From NCBI GenBank assembly GCA_050999735.1, contig JBPCPB010000011.1, positions 1 through 34,088 on the forward strand: 34,088 nucleotides of DNA. The letters run 5' to 3'. Shown one piece after another: positions 7,987-16,340 of this stretch (its first letter is position 1; each line of letters starts with the position of its first letter). The notes under the pieces are model-generated. The model was not told the origin of the DNA and did not search any database. It saw only the letters and a list, made by a program, of their open reading frames with translations. Both the position numbers and the translations under genes were made by a program. This stretch comes from Thermomicrobiales bacterium. GTDB taxonomy: Bacteria > Chloroflexota > Chloroflexia > Thermomicrobiales > JALYUS01.

Positions 7987-8486
7987 GGGCGGCGTTTGCG
8001 CCCGCGCTTTTCGCGATATTGTTCGGGCATCTCTTCCTCGCCCTGGCGCTCGACCCAGTTGCCGAGTTCCTTGTCAATCCAGTAGCCGAGGAGGGTGAAG
8101 AGGCCCGCGAAGAAGAGCGCGCCCGCCGCCGCAATCGCCGCGCCGGTGATCGCGTTGCCAGTGGTGCGGTTGAGATGGCCGCCGACGATGCCACCGAGCC
8201 AGCTCCCGGCGACGATGACCGCGATGCTGCCGCACAGCATCGCCAGCCACGGCCACCACGCCGGGCCGCGATGGCTCTCCGGCGGCCGGAGGTGCGCGAA
8301 TTGGAGAAAAAAGAGCGAGCCGCGCGCCTCGAAGAAGGCGGCGACGAAGATCGCGAAGATGAGCAGGAAACTGACCAATCCGCCCAATGGCCCGACCGCG
8401 CCATACGCACCGAGCAGGCAGATCGCCGGGAAAGACCAACGCGCGACGCGGCGCGCCTCGACGGGGTCTCGCCACCATTGATTCAT
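7983..8486 (-). CDS. Hypothetical membrane protein (about 4 TM helices)
   Basis: 167-aa ORF with four hydrophobic segments and a basic C-terminus. Confidence 0.7.
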   Translation of the reverse strand: MNQWWRDPVEARRVARWSFPAICLLGAYGAVGPLGGLVSFLLIFAIFVAAFFEARGSLFFLQFAHLRPPESHRGPAWWPWLAMLCGSIAVIVAGSWLGGIVGGHLNRTTGNAITGAAIAAAGALFFAGLFTLLGYWIDKELGNWVERQGEEEMPEQYREKRGRKRRP

Positions 8487-8494
8487 GATAGATT

Positions 8495-8586
8495 GGTAGC
8501 GTAGGCTTCAGCCTGCGTTCCACTCGCGGGCTGGAAAGCCTGCGCCGCGATACGGAGAGAGACGGCAGGCTGAAGCCTGCTCCACC
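8495..8586. repeat. GTAG-type REP-like element (inverted pair plus degenerate middle copy)
   Basis: ggtagcgtaggcttcagcctgc (8495-8516) / gcaggctgaagcctgctccacc (8565-8586); gcgggctggaaagcctgcgc between them. Confidence 0.75.
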
Positions 8587-8597
8587 GCTTCATGGCA

Positions 8598-9395
8598 TCA
8601 GACCGAAGCGACGGGACGCATCGGCAGGCCCTGTGCGGCGAGATAGGCCTTTGCTTCCGCGAGGGTGAAGAAGGCGTCGTGGAAGATGCCCGCCGCGAGG
8701 ACCGCGTGCGCGCCACCGATTGTCAGGGCGTCCGCGAGGTGTTGGAGCGTGCCCGCGCCGCCGGAGGCGATCACCGGCACGTCCACGGCGGAGGCGACTT
8801 GCGACGTGATGGCGAGATCGTAGCCGTCGCGCGTGCCGTCCGCGTCAATGCTGTTGAGGACAATTTCGCCCGCGCCGAGCGCGACGCCTCGTTTCGCCCA
8901 CGCCAGCGCGTCCATGCCGGTGTGCCGCCGCCCGCCGTGTGTGACGACCTCCCAGAATGCGCCGTCCGGGCGGCGTTTCGCGTCAATCGAGAGGACGATG
9001 CACTGCGCGCCGAACCGCCGCGCGCCGTCCGCGATCAGGTGCGGGTTAGCAACGGCGGCGGAGTCGACCGAGACCTTGTCTGCCCCCGCCCGCAGGAGGC
9101 GCGCGATGTCGTCCGTCGTGCGGACGCCGCCGCCGACGGTAAGTGGGATGAAGACCTGCCGCGCCGTCGCCCGGACGACATCCATCATCGTCTCGCGGTC
9201 GTCACTGGAGGCGGTGATGTCATAGAACGTCAGTTCGTCCGCGCCCGCCGCATCGTAGCGAGCCGCCAGTTCGACCGGATCGCCCTGATCGCGGAGCGCC
9301 GCGAATTTCGTCCCCTTGACGACACGCCCCGCCGTCACATCGAGACAGGGAATAATCCGCCGCATCAGCGTCGTGGTCGGTGCCGCCGCTGCCAT
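8598..9395 (-). CDS. hisF: Imidazole glycerol phosphate synthase cyclase subunit
   Basis: [53 protein letters not shown]; ATG 9395 with AGAGG RBS. Confidence 0.97.
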   Translation of the reverse strand: MAAAAPTTTLMRRIIPCLDVTAGRVVKGTKFAALRDQGDPVELAARYDAAGADELTFYDITASSDDRETMMDVVRATARQVFIPLTVGGGVRTTDDIARLLRAGADKVSVDSAAVANPHLIADGARRFGAQCIVLSIDAKRRPDGAFWEVVTHGGRRHTGMDALAWAKRGVALGAGEIVLNSIDADGTRDGYDLAITSQVASAVDVPVIASGGAGTLQHLADALTIGGAHAVLAAGIFHDAFFTLAEAKAYLAAQGLPMRPVASV

Positions 9396-9420
9396 CGCCA
9401 AACCTCTTTCAAGAAGTTAA

Positions 9421-9521
9421 GAAGGATACAAGCACAGAGACCGCAGAGAACACAGAGGACACAGAGGAAATCCTTTTGTTTCTCTTCTCTGTGCTCTCTG
9501 TGTCCTCCGTACTGTATTCTC
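9421..9521. repeat. Family A nonamer-based inverted repeat (CACAGAG-nn tandem units / CTCTGTG)
   Basis: agcacagagaccgcagagaacacagaggacacagagg...ctctgtgctctctgtgtcctccgt; about 90% identical over about 80 bp to 20092-20170. Confidence 0.85.
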
Positions 9522-9523
9522 TC

Positions 9524-10762
9524 TTACGAACCCTGCCCGGTGGCGTAGTCGCGCTGATCGAGGGAGCGGAGGGATGGGCGCGGTAAGGTCGGTTCATCCA
9601 TCGCGCCGTCACTGGTGACGATCCGGCGATTCAGTTCGATCACTTCCTCAAGTTCCTGCTGCACCTGCTTGAAGCGCGAGCGGACCTGCTGCTCCGACGC
9701 GCGTGTCAGTTCCTTGCGGACGTCGGCAATCCGCTGGCCAACCTCATCCACGCGGGTATTGATGAGGCTGATTCGGTGTGCGACATCGCGCAGGGCGTCG
9801 TCCGATAGATCTATGCGGCTGGCGAGGTAGGTGTCCCGCTCCTCGGCGGCGTGGCGCAGATCGCGATCCACGGCGTCACCTTGCTGGCGCACTTCTTCGA
9901 GCCGTTCGAGGACGAGGTCGTGCCGTTCGAGCGCCTGCTCATTGAAGGTGAGATAGACCTCTTCCTGCCGCACATCCACCGCCGCGAGATTGGTGATGCT
10001 GTTATGGAGCCGCCCGAATTCTTCGCCGACGCTCTTGAAGGCGGTTTCGACGGCGGCGATCCGCCGCAGCGATTCCTCCACGCGCGGCGGGATGACATCA
10101 ATCCGCTGATCCACCTCGATGATGCGCCGCTTCGCCTCGCTATCCACGATGCGGATGGCGTCCTCAACGCGCTGGTAATCCCGTCGGGCCTGCGCCGCCT
10201 CGACACGCACTTCCTCAATGCTCTCCCGGAGGCCTTTCATGATCTCGATGAGCCGTTCCTGTTGCGCGAAGGAGCGGGTGATCTGCGCCTGCAAGTCGTC
10301 AAACCGGCGGTTCGTCACATCGGTCGTGTCGCGGCGCGCGCGCGTCTGCTCGATCAATTCGGCGGTCTGCGCTTGCAGGGTGCGGATCGCGCCGTGCGCC
10401 TCGCTAATCCCGCCGTGCATATCGGCGAGCGCGGCGCGGATACGATTTTCGTCGAGTTGCCGCGCCTGCGCGTATTGCACCTGGCTGCGGCGGTGATCGT
10501 CGAGGTCGGCGCGGACATCCGCGGCGACCACTTCGACATTCTTGACGATTTCATCGCTCCGCCCGCCGCGTGCCACTTGATCCCGCACGAGCGCGCGGAG
10601 TTCGTCTATTTGTTGCTGGAGGTTGTTAATCGTGATCGCGTCACGCCGCCGTCGCTCTTCATCGCGGGCGCGGGCATCTATCGCTTGCCGCGTATCCATC
10701 GCGCGGGGGTCACCTTGCCGTGGGTCGGGTTGCCGCATTTCCACTGGTATCCCTTCCGTCAC
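9524..10762 (-). CDS. Long coiled-coil hypothetical protein
   Basis: 412-aa R/E/D/Q/L-rich ORF with heptad pattern; no TM helix or Walker motif; start GTG 10762 or ATG 10738. Confidence 0.8.
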   Translation of the reverse strand: MTEGIPVEMRQPDPRQGDPRAMDTRQAIDARARDEERRRRDAITINNLQQQIDELRALVRDQVARGGRSDEIVKNVEVVAADVRADLDDHRRSQVQYAQARQLDENRIRAALADMHGGISEAHGAIRTLQAQTAELIEQTRARRDTTDVTNRRFDDLQAQITRSFAQQERLIEIMKGLRESIEEVRVEAAQARRDYQRVEDAIRIVDSEAKRRIIEVDQRIDVIPPRVEESLRRIAAVETAFKSVGEEFGRLHNSITNLAAVDVRQEEVYLTFNEQALERHDLVLERLEEVRQQGDAVDRDLRHAAEERDTYLASRIDLSDDALRDVAHRISLINTRVDEVGQRIADVRKELTRASEQQVRSRFKQVQQELEEVIELNRRIVTSDGAMDEPTLPRPSLRSLDQRDYATGQGS

Positions 10763-10822
10763 GACGCCCCCGGCGCGGGTCCCGGATTCCGCGCTTGTCC
10801 ATACGGTTCGTCGTACGCCCGT

Positions 10823-10854
10823 ATTGTACTCTATGTTGCCATAACATCAACATA
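10823..10854 (-). promoter_or_regulatory. Putative promoter of the coiled-coil gene with an overlapping inverted repeat
   Basis: Minus strand TTGATG-N16-TACAAT; TATGTTG-N9-CAACATA at 10832-10854. Confidence 0.4.
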
Positions 10855-10935
10855 CCTTGCCAGGAGGGTATTGTTACGGCAGGATTCCCCGTCTCTTCGC
10901 TCGCGCGTGACCGCTGTGATGGTCTATCATCTTCG

Positions 10936-11041
10936 GTAGTAGACAGTAGGTGGTAGACAGTAGACAGTAGTCAGTAGTCAGAAACGACAGACAATGCGCG
11001 GGGCGCTTCCGCTTTCAACTGACTACTGACTACTGTCTACT
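10936..11041. repeat. Heptamer tandem repeat in inverted arrangement (CAGTAG[A/T] units)
   Basis: 23-bp perfect inverted repeat agtagacagtagtcagtagtcag (10959-10981) / ctgactactgactactgtctact (11019-11041). Confidence 0.85.
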
Positions 11042-11053
11042 CAGGGGGGCACA

Positions 11054-13060
11054 ATGACGCATGCATCGGGTGGCCGGACGATTACGAATGATGATCTCTT
11101 CGCTTTGCGCGTGATTGGCGAGTTCCAGGTTTCGCCGGACGGGTCGCGCGTCGTCTTTGTCGTCACACGGACGGATACGGAGCAGGATCGCACGGTCTCG
11201 AACCTCTGGCTCGTGGAGACGGCGGGCGGCGCGCCCCGACAACTCACGACCGCGTACGCCAACGACAGTGCGCCGCGCTGGTCGCCGGATGGCCGGACAG
11301 TCGCTTTCGTCTCGGATCGCGAAGAGCGCAAGGAACTCTGGCTGATCCCCGCCGACTTCGGTGAGGCGCGCCGCCTGACGCACGGATCAAGCGATGTCAG
11401 TCAGCCCGCGTGGTCGCCGGATGGGGAACGTCTCGTCTACGTCAGCAAGACCGACCGGCCCGCGAACGATGACCCGACGCATGCCCCAAAAGAGGGGAGC
11501 GACGTGCGGGTCATTACCCAACTCGGCTACAAGATGGATGGCGAGGGCTTCTGGGATGGCCGGTACACGCACCTTTTCACCGTTCCGATTACCGGCGGTG
11601 AGGCGACGCCACTGACTGACGGCCCGTGGAACGATGCGCAGCCCGCGTGGTCGCCGGACGGGTCGCGCATCGCCTTCGTCTCCCGCCGCACGCCCGACCG
11701 CGAGTGGACGAATGTCTCAGACCTCTACACAATCCCGGCGGAGGGCGGCGATGTGACGCAACTGACGAAGAGTGTCGGGCCGGTCGCCGCGCCCGCGTGG
11801 TCGCCAGACGGCATACGGCTCGCCTTTATCGGCCACGAACAGCCAGCGGAGACCGGCCCGACGACGCCGGATTGGGTCTGGACCGTCCCTGCCGATGGCG
11901 GCACGCCAACCGTTCTGGCGCGCGATTACGACCGCTCGGCGACGGGCGGCGTGATGGGCGACCTCGGCGCGGGCAACGGCCAGTATCCGATCCAATGGAC
12001 GCCCGGCGGCACGGGCATCCTCTTCGCCACGGAAGATCGCGGCACGGCGATGGTCGCGCGCGTCGCGATGACGGGCGGTGTCGGCATCGTGCTCGGCTGC
12101 AACCGCAACTGCGCGGGCTTCCACGCGGCGGGCGATACACTCGTCGTGGTTGTTTCCAGCATGACGCTGCCTGGCGACCTCTTCGTCGCCAATCTCGACG
12201 GCACCAATGAGCGCCGCCTGACCGACATCAACAAGGACGCGCTTGCAGGCGTTATTCTGCCGGAGCCGGAGCACGTGCGTGTGCCGATTGCCGAGGGAAT
12301 CGAAATGGACGGCTGGATATTGCACCCGCCCGATTTCGACGCGTCGCGGCAATACCCGCTGATCCTCGATATTCACGGCGGGCCGCGCGGGCAGTACGGC
12401 TCGTCGTTCATGCACTCCTTCCACCGCTATGCCGCCGAGGGGTACGTTGTGGCGTACTTCAACCCGCGCGGCAGCACCGGCTACGGGCAGGCGTTCACCT
12501 CCGCACTCACCGGCAACTGGGGTGATGTGGATGTCCACGATGTGATGGCGGGGCTTGAGTATGTGCTCCAACGGCCGTATTTGAGCGCGGAGCGCGTCGG
12601 CATCACGGGTGGCTCGTACGGCGGCTATCTGATGAACTTCCTGATCGGCGCGTACCCGGATCGTTGGAAGGCGGGCGTCACCGAGCGCAGCACGCTCAGC
12701 CGCATCTCGTCGTATGGCACGAGCGACATAATCTGGCGCGCGCTCGATTGGGAGTTCAAGGGGCCATACTGGGAGAACCGCGATTTCTATTGGGATCGCT
12801 CGCCCATCGCGCATGTCGAGAAGATCACGACGCCGCTGCTCATCATCCACAGCGAGAATGACCACCGCTGCACGATCAGCGAGGCGGAGCAGTTGTTTAC
12901 CGTCCTGCGGCGGCTACGGCGCGATGTCGCTTTCGTCCGCTTCCCGAACGAGAGCCACGGTCTCTCCCGCTCCGGCAAACCCGCCCACCGCCGCGAACGA
13001 TTGGAGCGCATCGTCGGCTGGTTCGACAAGTACCTAAATGGACTAAGGACTGAGGACTAA
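11054..13060 (+). CDS. S9-family peptidase (dipeptidyl/acylaminoacyl peptidase) with PD40 beta-propeller
   Basis: Repeated PAWSPDG; IHGGP, NPRGSTGYG, GGSYGG nucleophile, HSENDHR, ESHGL. Confidence 0.95.
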   Translation: MTHASGGRTITNDDLFALRVIGEFQVSPDGSRVVFVVTRTDTEQDRTVSNLWLVETAGGAPRQLTTAYANDSAPRWSPDGRTVAFVSDREERKELWLIPADFGEARRLTHGSSDVSQPAWSPDGERLVYVSKTDRPANDDPTHAPKEGSDVRVITQLGYKMDGEGFWDGRYTHLFTVPITGGEATPLTDGPWNDAQPAWSPDGSRIAFVSRRTPDREWTNVSDLYTIPAEGGDVTQLTKSVGPVAAPAWSPDGIRLAFIGHEQPAETGPTTPDWVWTVPADGGTPTVLARDYDRSATGGVMGDLGAGNGQYPIQWTPGGTGILFATEDRGTAMVARVAMTGGVGIVLGCNRNCAGFHAAGDTLVVVVSSMTLPGDLFVANLDGTNERRLTDINKDALAGVILPEPEHVRVPIAEGIEMDGWILHPPDFDASRQYPLILDIHGGPRGQYGSSFMHSFHRYAAEGYVVAYFNPRGSTGYGQAFTSALTGNWGDVDVHDVMAGLEYVLQRPYLSAERVGITGGSYGGYLMNFLIGAYPDRWKAGVTERSTLSRISSYGTSDIIWRALDWEFKGPYWENRDFYWDRSPIAHVEKITTPLLIIHSENDHRCTISEAEQLFTVLRRLRRDVAFVRFPNESHGLSRSGKPAHRRERLERIVGWFDKYLNGLRTED

Positions 13061-13112
13061 GGACTAAGCAGGACCGATCTCCACTTAGTCCTTAGTCCTC
13101 AGTCCTTAGTCC
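13040..13112. repeat. Heptamer (GGACTAA) inverted repeat with 29-bp perfect arms; probable bidirectional terminator/RNA stabiliser
   Basis: 13040-13068 is the exact reverse complement of 13084-13112, with a 15-nt loop, between convergent genes. Confidence 0.9.
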
Positions 13113-13554
13113 TTCCCATTGCGGCGAGGCCGAGCAGGAACTTGACGCCGTCCGCCGCCATGTACGCGCCGTGGACTTTGCGGTGCGCGGCGTAGCGCGG
13201 CTCGTCCGGGTCGCGGTTGACGAAATCCAACCCCTCCGCGAGGGCGCGCATCTTCGGCTGGAGGAAGATGAATTGCACCACTGTGAGCGCCCACATCGGC
13301 GTGACGAGAGCGGCGGTGCGCTTGCCGGCACTCGCATCCCGCGCGGCGAGGAGAGCCGTCGCGGCGGTGACGGTCGCGAGGCCGAGTTCGTAGCGGCTCC
13401 ATGCCTGAAAAACCGACCGCCCGACCGCCGTGATCGCGTTGCGGTCGAGGCCGGGCGTCTTGAAGCGGGCGGGCGCGTCCACAAAATCAATCGCCGCCGT
13501 CCCCCCAACCCAAAGCCCGAGGCCGAGATTCCGCGCCGTTTTGATCGCGTTCAT
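13099..13554 (-). CDS. DUF4149/TMEM205-like membrane protein
   Basis: GLWVGG..FVDAPARF..L.R..VGRSVF; four hydrophobic segments; LQPKM and HRKVHG near the C-terminus; AAGGA RBS. Confidence 0.75.
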   Translation of the reverse strand: MNAIKTARNLGLGLWVGGTAAIDFVDAPARFKTPGLDRNAITAVGRSVFQAWSRYELGLATVTAATALLAARDASAGKRTAALVTPMWALTVVQFIFLQPKMRALAEGLDFVNRDPDEPRYAAHRKVHGAYMAADGVKFLLGLAAMGRTKD

Positions 13555-13660
13555 CTGTCTCGTATCCTTTCCCTGCGCGCACGCCGTTGTGCGCCGTATC
13601 AGGAGGATACCACCGCGAGTAGGATTGGGAAGGAATGGAGGAGATTGCGGAACCTGTTCG

Positions 13661-13688
13661 GAGAGGCGAGGCGCGAATCGCCCCTACG
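13661..13688. repeat. Single GTAGGGGCG-type REP-like unit
   Basis: gagaggcgaggcgcgaatcgcccctacg, related to 18518-18614. Confidence 0.6.
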
Positions 13689-14228
13689 AACTACTCTCCG
13701 TGCCTACAATCGTGGCAATCGCGTCCGCCATCTGGTCGGTGGTCGCGCCGCTGCCGTGGACGGGTTCGAAGAGCGAGGGCGCGACGCCTTCGGGATTCAG
13801 GTTGCCGCTCGCCGCGACGCCGAGGCCGCCCGCCAGCGCCGCGCCAAGATCGGAAAGGATGTCGCCAAACAAATTCGTGCAGAGCAGCACGTCGAAATCC
13901 TGCGGGCGCAGCACCATCCGCGCCGCCGCCGCATCCACGTAGAACTTATCCAACTGCACGTCCGGGTACTCTGTGCCGACGGCCGCGATCACCTCGTCCC
14001 AGAGGGTATAGGCGTGGCGCATCGCGTTCGATTTCGTGATGTTCGCCAGCCGCTTGCGATTGGCGCGCCCGTTTCGAGCGACTTCCGCGCCGACCAGTCG
14101 AAATCCGTCATCGCCAATTGGAAGCCGCCGATCGCTCTCTCCACCGCGCGCAGGACGCGCACCGCTGCCGGGATCACTTCCTGCCCGATGCCGTCCATCG
14201 GCATGACCGCAATCCGATGTGTCCGCAT
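13684..14228 (-). pseudogene. Tartrate/isopropylmalate dehydrogenase-family pseudogene with two internal deletions
   Basis: MRTHRIAVMPMDGIGQEV...FDWS..ETGA, jump with frameshift near 14065 to ITKSNA...VDA..NLFGDILSDL..FEPVHGS, then a jump near 13750 to ATTDQMADAI. Confidence 0.9.
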
Positions 14229-14467
14229 CTGCTCGCTCCTCCCACGCTCCATCGCACCTCGCCCGGTGAGTATACAGGATGGAAGCCTTCGCATTCGGCG
14301 CTCCGCTCCGTGGAGGGAATGGCGATGGCGTGCGGGGACGTCCCCATATCGTTTCATCGCTTTCGTACGTTAGAGAGAGTGAACCGTCCGTTCATGCGCC
14401 GTGCTGGAGGAAGAGGGCATAGGGTAGACGGGTGTCGGGAGACCAGACGGCGATGGAAACAGGAGCA

Positions 14468-16087
14468 ATGTGTGAGGTGGTAACAGCACGCGCGCGGCTA
14501 GATGCGGATGCGGCGCACATGATGGCATTCTGGCAGCGGGTACTGACATGGCGCGTCGCGCTCGGCGTGATCCTGCTGCTTGCCGTACTCGTGCGGATGC
14601 CCTTTCTGCATGTGCCGCTGATCACGGACGAAGGCGGCTACGCCTACACGACCCATTACGGCCTGAGCGGTAAGACGCTCTATCATCTGCTCTGGTTCGA
14701 CCGCACGCAGGGCATCCTCTGGGTTTACCGCGTCATTTTCCAAACATTTGGGCGAAGCATCGTCGCGATCCGCCTCTTCGCCGCGCTGTACAACGCTGGC
14801 TCCGCGCTGCTCGTCTGGGTGATCGCCCGGCGGCTTGCGGATATGCGGACGGGCCTTCTTGCCGCCCTCCTTTTCGCGCTTTTCTCCGCCATGCCGCATG
14901 TGCAGGGATTCACTGCGAACGCCGAACTCTTCATGACTCTCCCCGCGCTCGCCAGTCTCGCATTCCTGCTACCCACCGAGCGGATACGGATGGCGCCGGA
15001 TACGCATCTCTTCGCCCGCGAGAACGGCGCCGCGACACGACGCATCTTCTTGAGCGGCCTGTGCGCGGGCATCGCGGTCGTCATCAAACCGGCGGAGATC
15101 GCGGCGGTTGTCGTCGCCGCGCTCCTGCTCTTCCGCGCCGCGCGCCGGGAAGGGATGCCGTGGCGGGCACGACTGCGCAGGCAATCACTCCTCGGTGCGG
15201 GTGTGGTGATTGGCATTCTGCCCGCCGTGGTGGACGGCTTCGCGCGGGATGGGCGGGCGTATATCCAGCAGGTGCTCCTCTACCGGGGCGCGACGGAGTC
15301 CATCATCGCGCGCCATGCCTTTGAACGGCTTGCCCTTTCGGTTTGGAACAGCCTCGTCGTCGGTGGAGATGTGCTACCGCTCGTCATCCTCACCGCGCTC
15401 GCATTGACGGTCTATCGCGCGTCGCTTTCCGGGGACGCGCGGCGGCTCGCGCCACTCTGGTTCCTTGCCAGTTTCGGTGGCGTCGCGCTCGGCGGCAACT
15501 GGTTTACGCACTACTTCTTTCAGTTGCTTCCGCCGCTGGCAATCTACGCCGCGATCGGCGTCCGCGCGGCCTTCGTGCGGGGCGAGACAGCGCTCTGGCG
15601 TGTCCGCATCGCCACTGTTCTTAGCCTCAGTGTCATGCTGACCGCCGCCTACGCGGGGCGCTATTTCGTCGCGCAACCGGCGGAAATCGCGTGGGGCCTC
15701 TATCACGACCGCGCATACCAGGCACAGGGGCCGCTCGTAACATATCTGAAGGCGCACTCCCAGCCGAATGACCGCATCTACATCGCCTTCGAAGCGCCGG
15801 AGGTTTACTATTTGAGCGAGCGGCAGAGCGCCTTCCCCGTCGTCTGGCGGCAGCCAATCCTCAACGACCCCGCGACGTTCGATCGCCTGATCGCCACACT
15901 CGACACCCCCACGGGGCCGGAGTTCATCGTGGACCTCGACGCCCCGCATTTCCAACGCGCGCATGACCGCCTGCGACCGGTCCTTGAAGGCCGATACCGA
16001 TTAGCGGCGGTCATCCAAGGCGTGCAGGTCTATCGGCGCGTCCCCTCCATCTGGAGTTATCCGTGGACGGAGAAGGTGGATCGGTGA
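14468..16087 (+). CDS. GT39/ArnT-like (GT-C fold) membrane glycosyltransferase
   Basis: First TM followed by TDEGGYAY, ANAELF, IKP, HYFFQLLPP, C-terminal soluble domain; start uncertain (14432/14453/14468). Confidence 0.85.
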   Translation: MCEVVTARARLDADAAHMMAFWQRVLTWRVALGVILLLAVLVRMPFLHVPLITDEGGYAYTTHYGLSGKTLYHLLWFDRTQGILWVYRVIFQTFGRSIVAIRLFAALYNAGSALLVWVIARRLADMRTGLLAALLFALFSAMPHVQGFTANAELFMTLPALASLAFLLPTERIRMAPDTHLFARENGAATRRIFLSGLCAGIAVVIKPAEIAAVVVAALLLFRAARREGMPWRARLRRQSLLGAGVVIGILPAVVDGFARDGRAYIQQVLLYRGATESIIARHAFERLALSVWNSLVVGGDVLPLVILTALALTVYRASLSGDARRLAPLWFLASFGGVALGGNWFTHYFFQLLPPLAIYAAIGVRAAFVRGETALWRVRIATVLSLSVMLTAAYAGRYFVAQPAEIAWGLYHDRAYQAQGPLVTYLKAHSQPNDRIYIAFEAPEVYYLSERQSAFPVVWRQPILNDPATFDRLIATLDTPTGPEFIVDLDAPHFQRAHDRLRPVLEGRYRLAAVIQGVQVYRRVPSIWSYPWTEKVDR

Positions 16088-16088
16088 G

Positions 16089-16142
16089 GAGTAACGAGTA
16101 ACGCGGGGAAACGTCGCCCACGCTCTTCATTGCTTGCTACTC
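16089..16142. repeat. Degenerate heptamer inverted repeat downstream of the GT39 gene
   Basis: gagtaacgagtaac ... ttgcttgctactc. Confidence 0.4.
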
Positions 16143-16170
16143 GATGTCGCCGGGTGGGCATCGTCGCGTG

Positions 16171-16340
16171 TGGTATAAGAACGATGTACTGTGACGGTCG
16201 CGCGATTTGTGCGACGGCTGTCATTCACTTCCCGGTAGTCAGAGATTTGTCCGATCAAGACCCTCCGGGCATCACGTTCACGCGCAGTGGTCGTGTGGGC
16301 GTTCGTGCATGAGCGCGCGAAAGAGGGAGGTCGCCCCCGC
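16171..16340 (+). promoter_or_regulatory. Extended -10 promoter and long structured leader of the MFS gene
   Basis: TGGTATAAG at 16171-16179; hairpin at about 16192-16225; gaccctcc (16259-16266) complementary to the RBS region. Confidence 0.35.

Noticed and set aside
9421-9521. Nonamer and heptamer repeats (also 10936, 13040, 20070, 31771) as CRISPR arrays
   Set aside because: Units are 7-9 bp, tandem and inverted, with no unique spacers and no cas genes.
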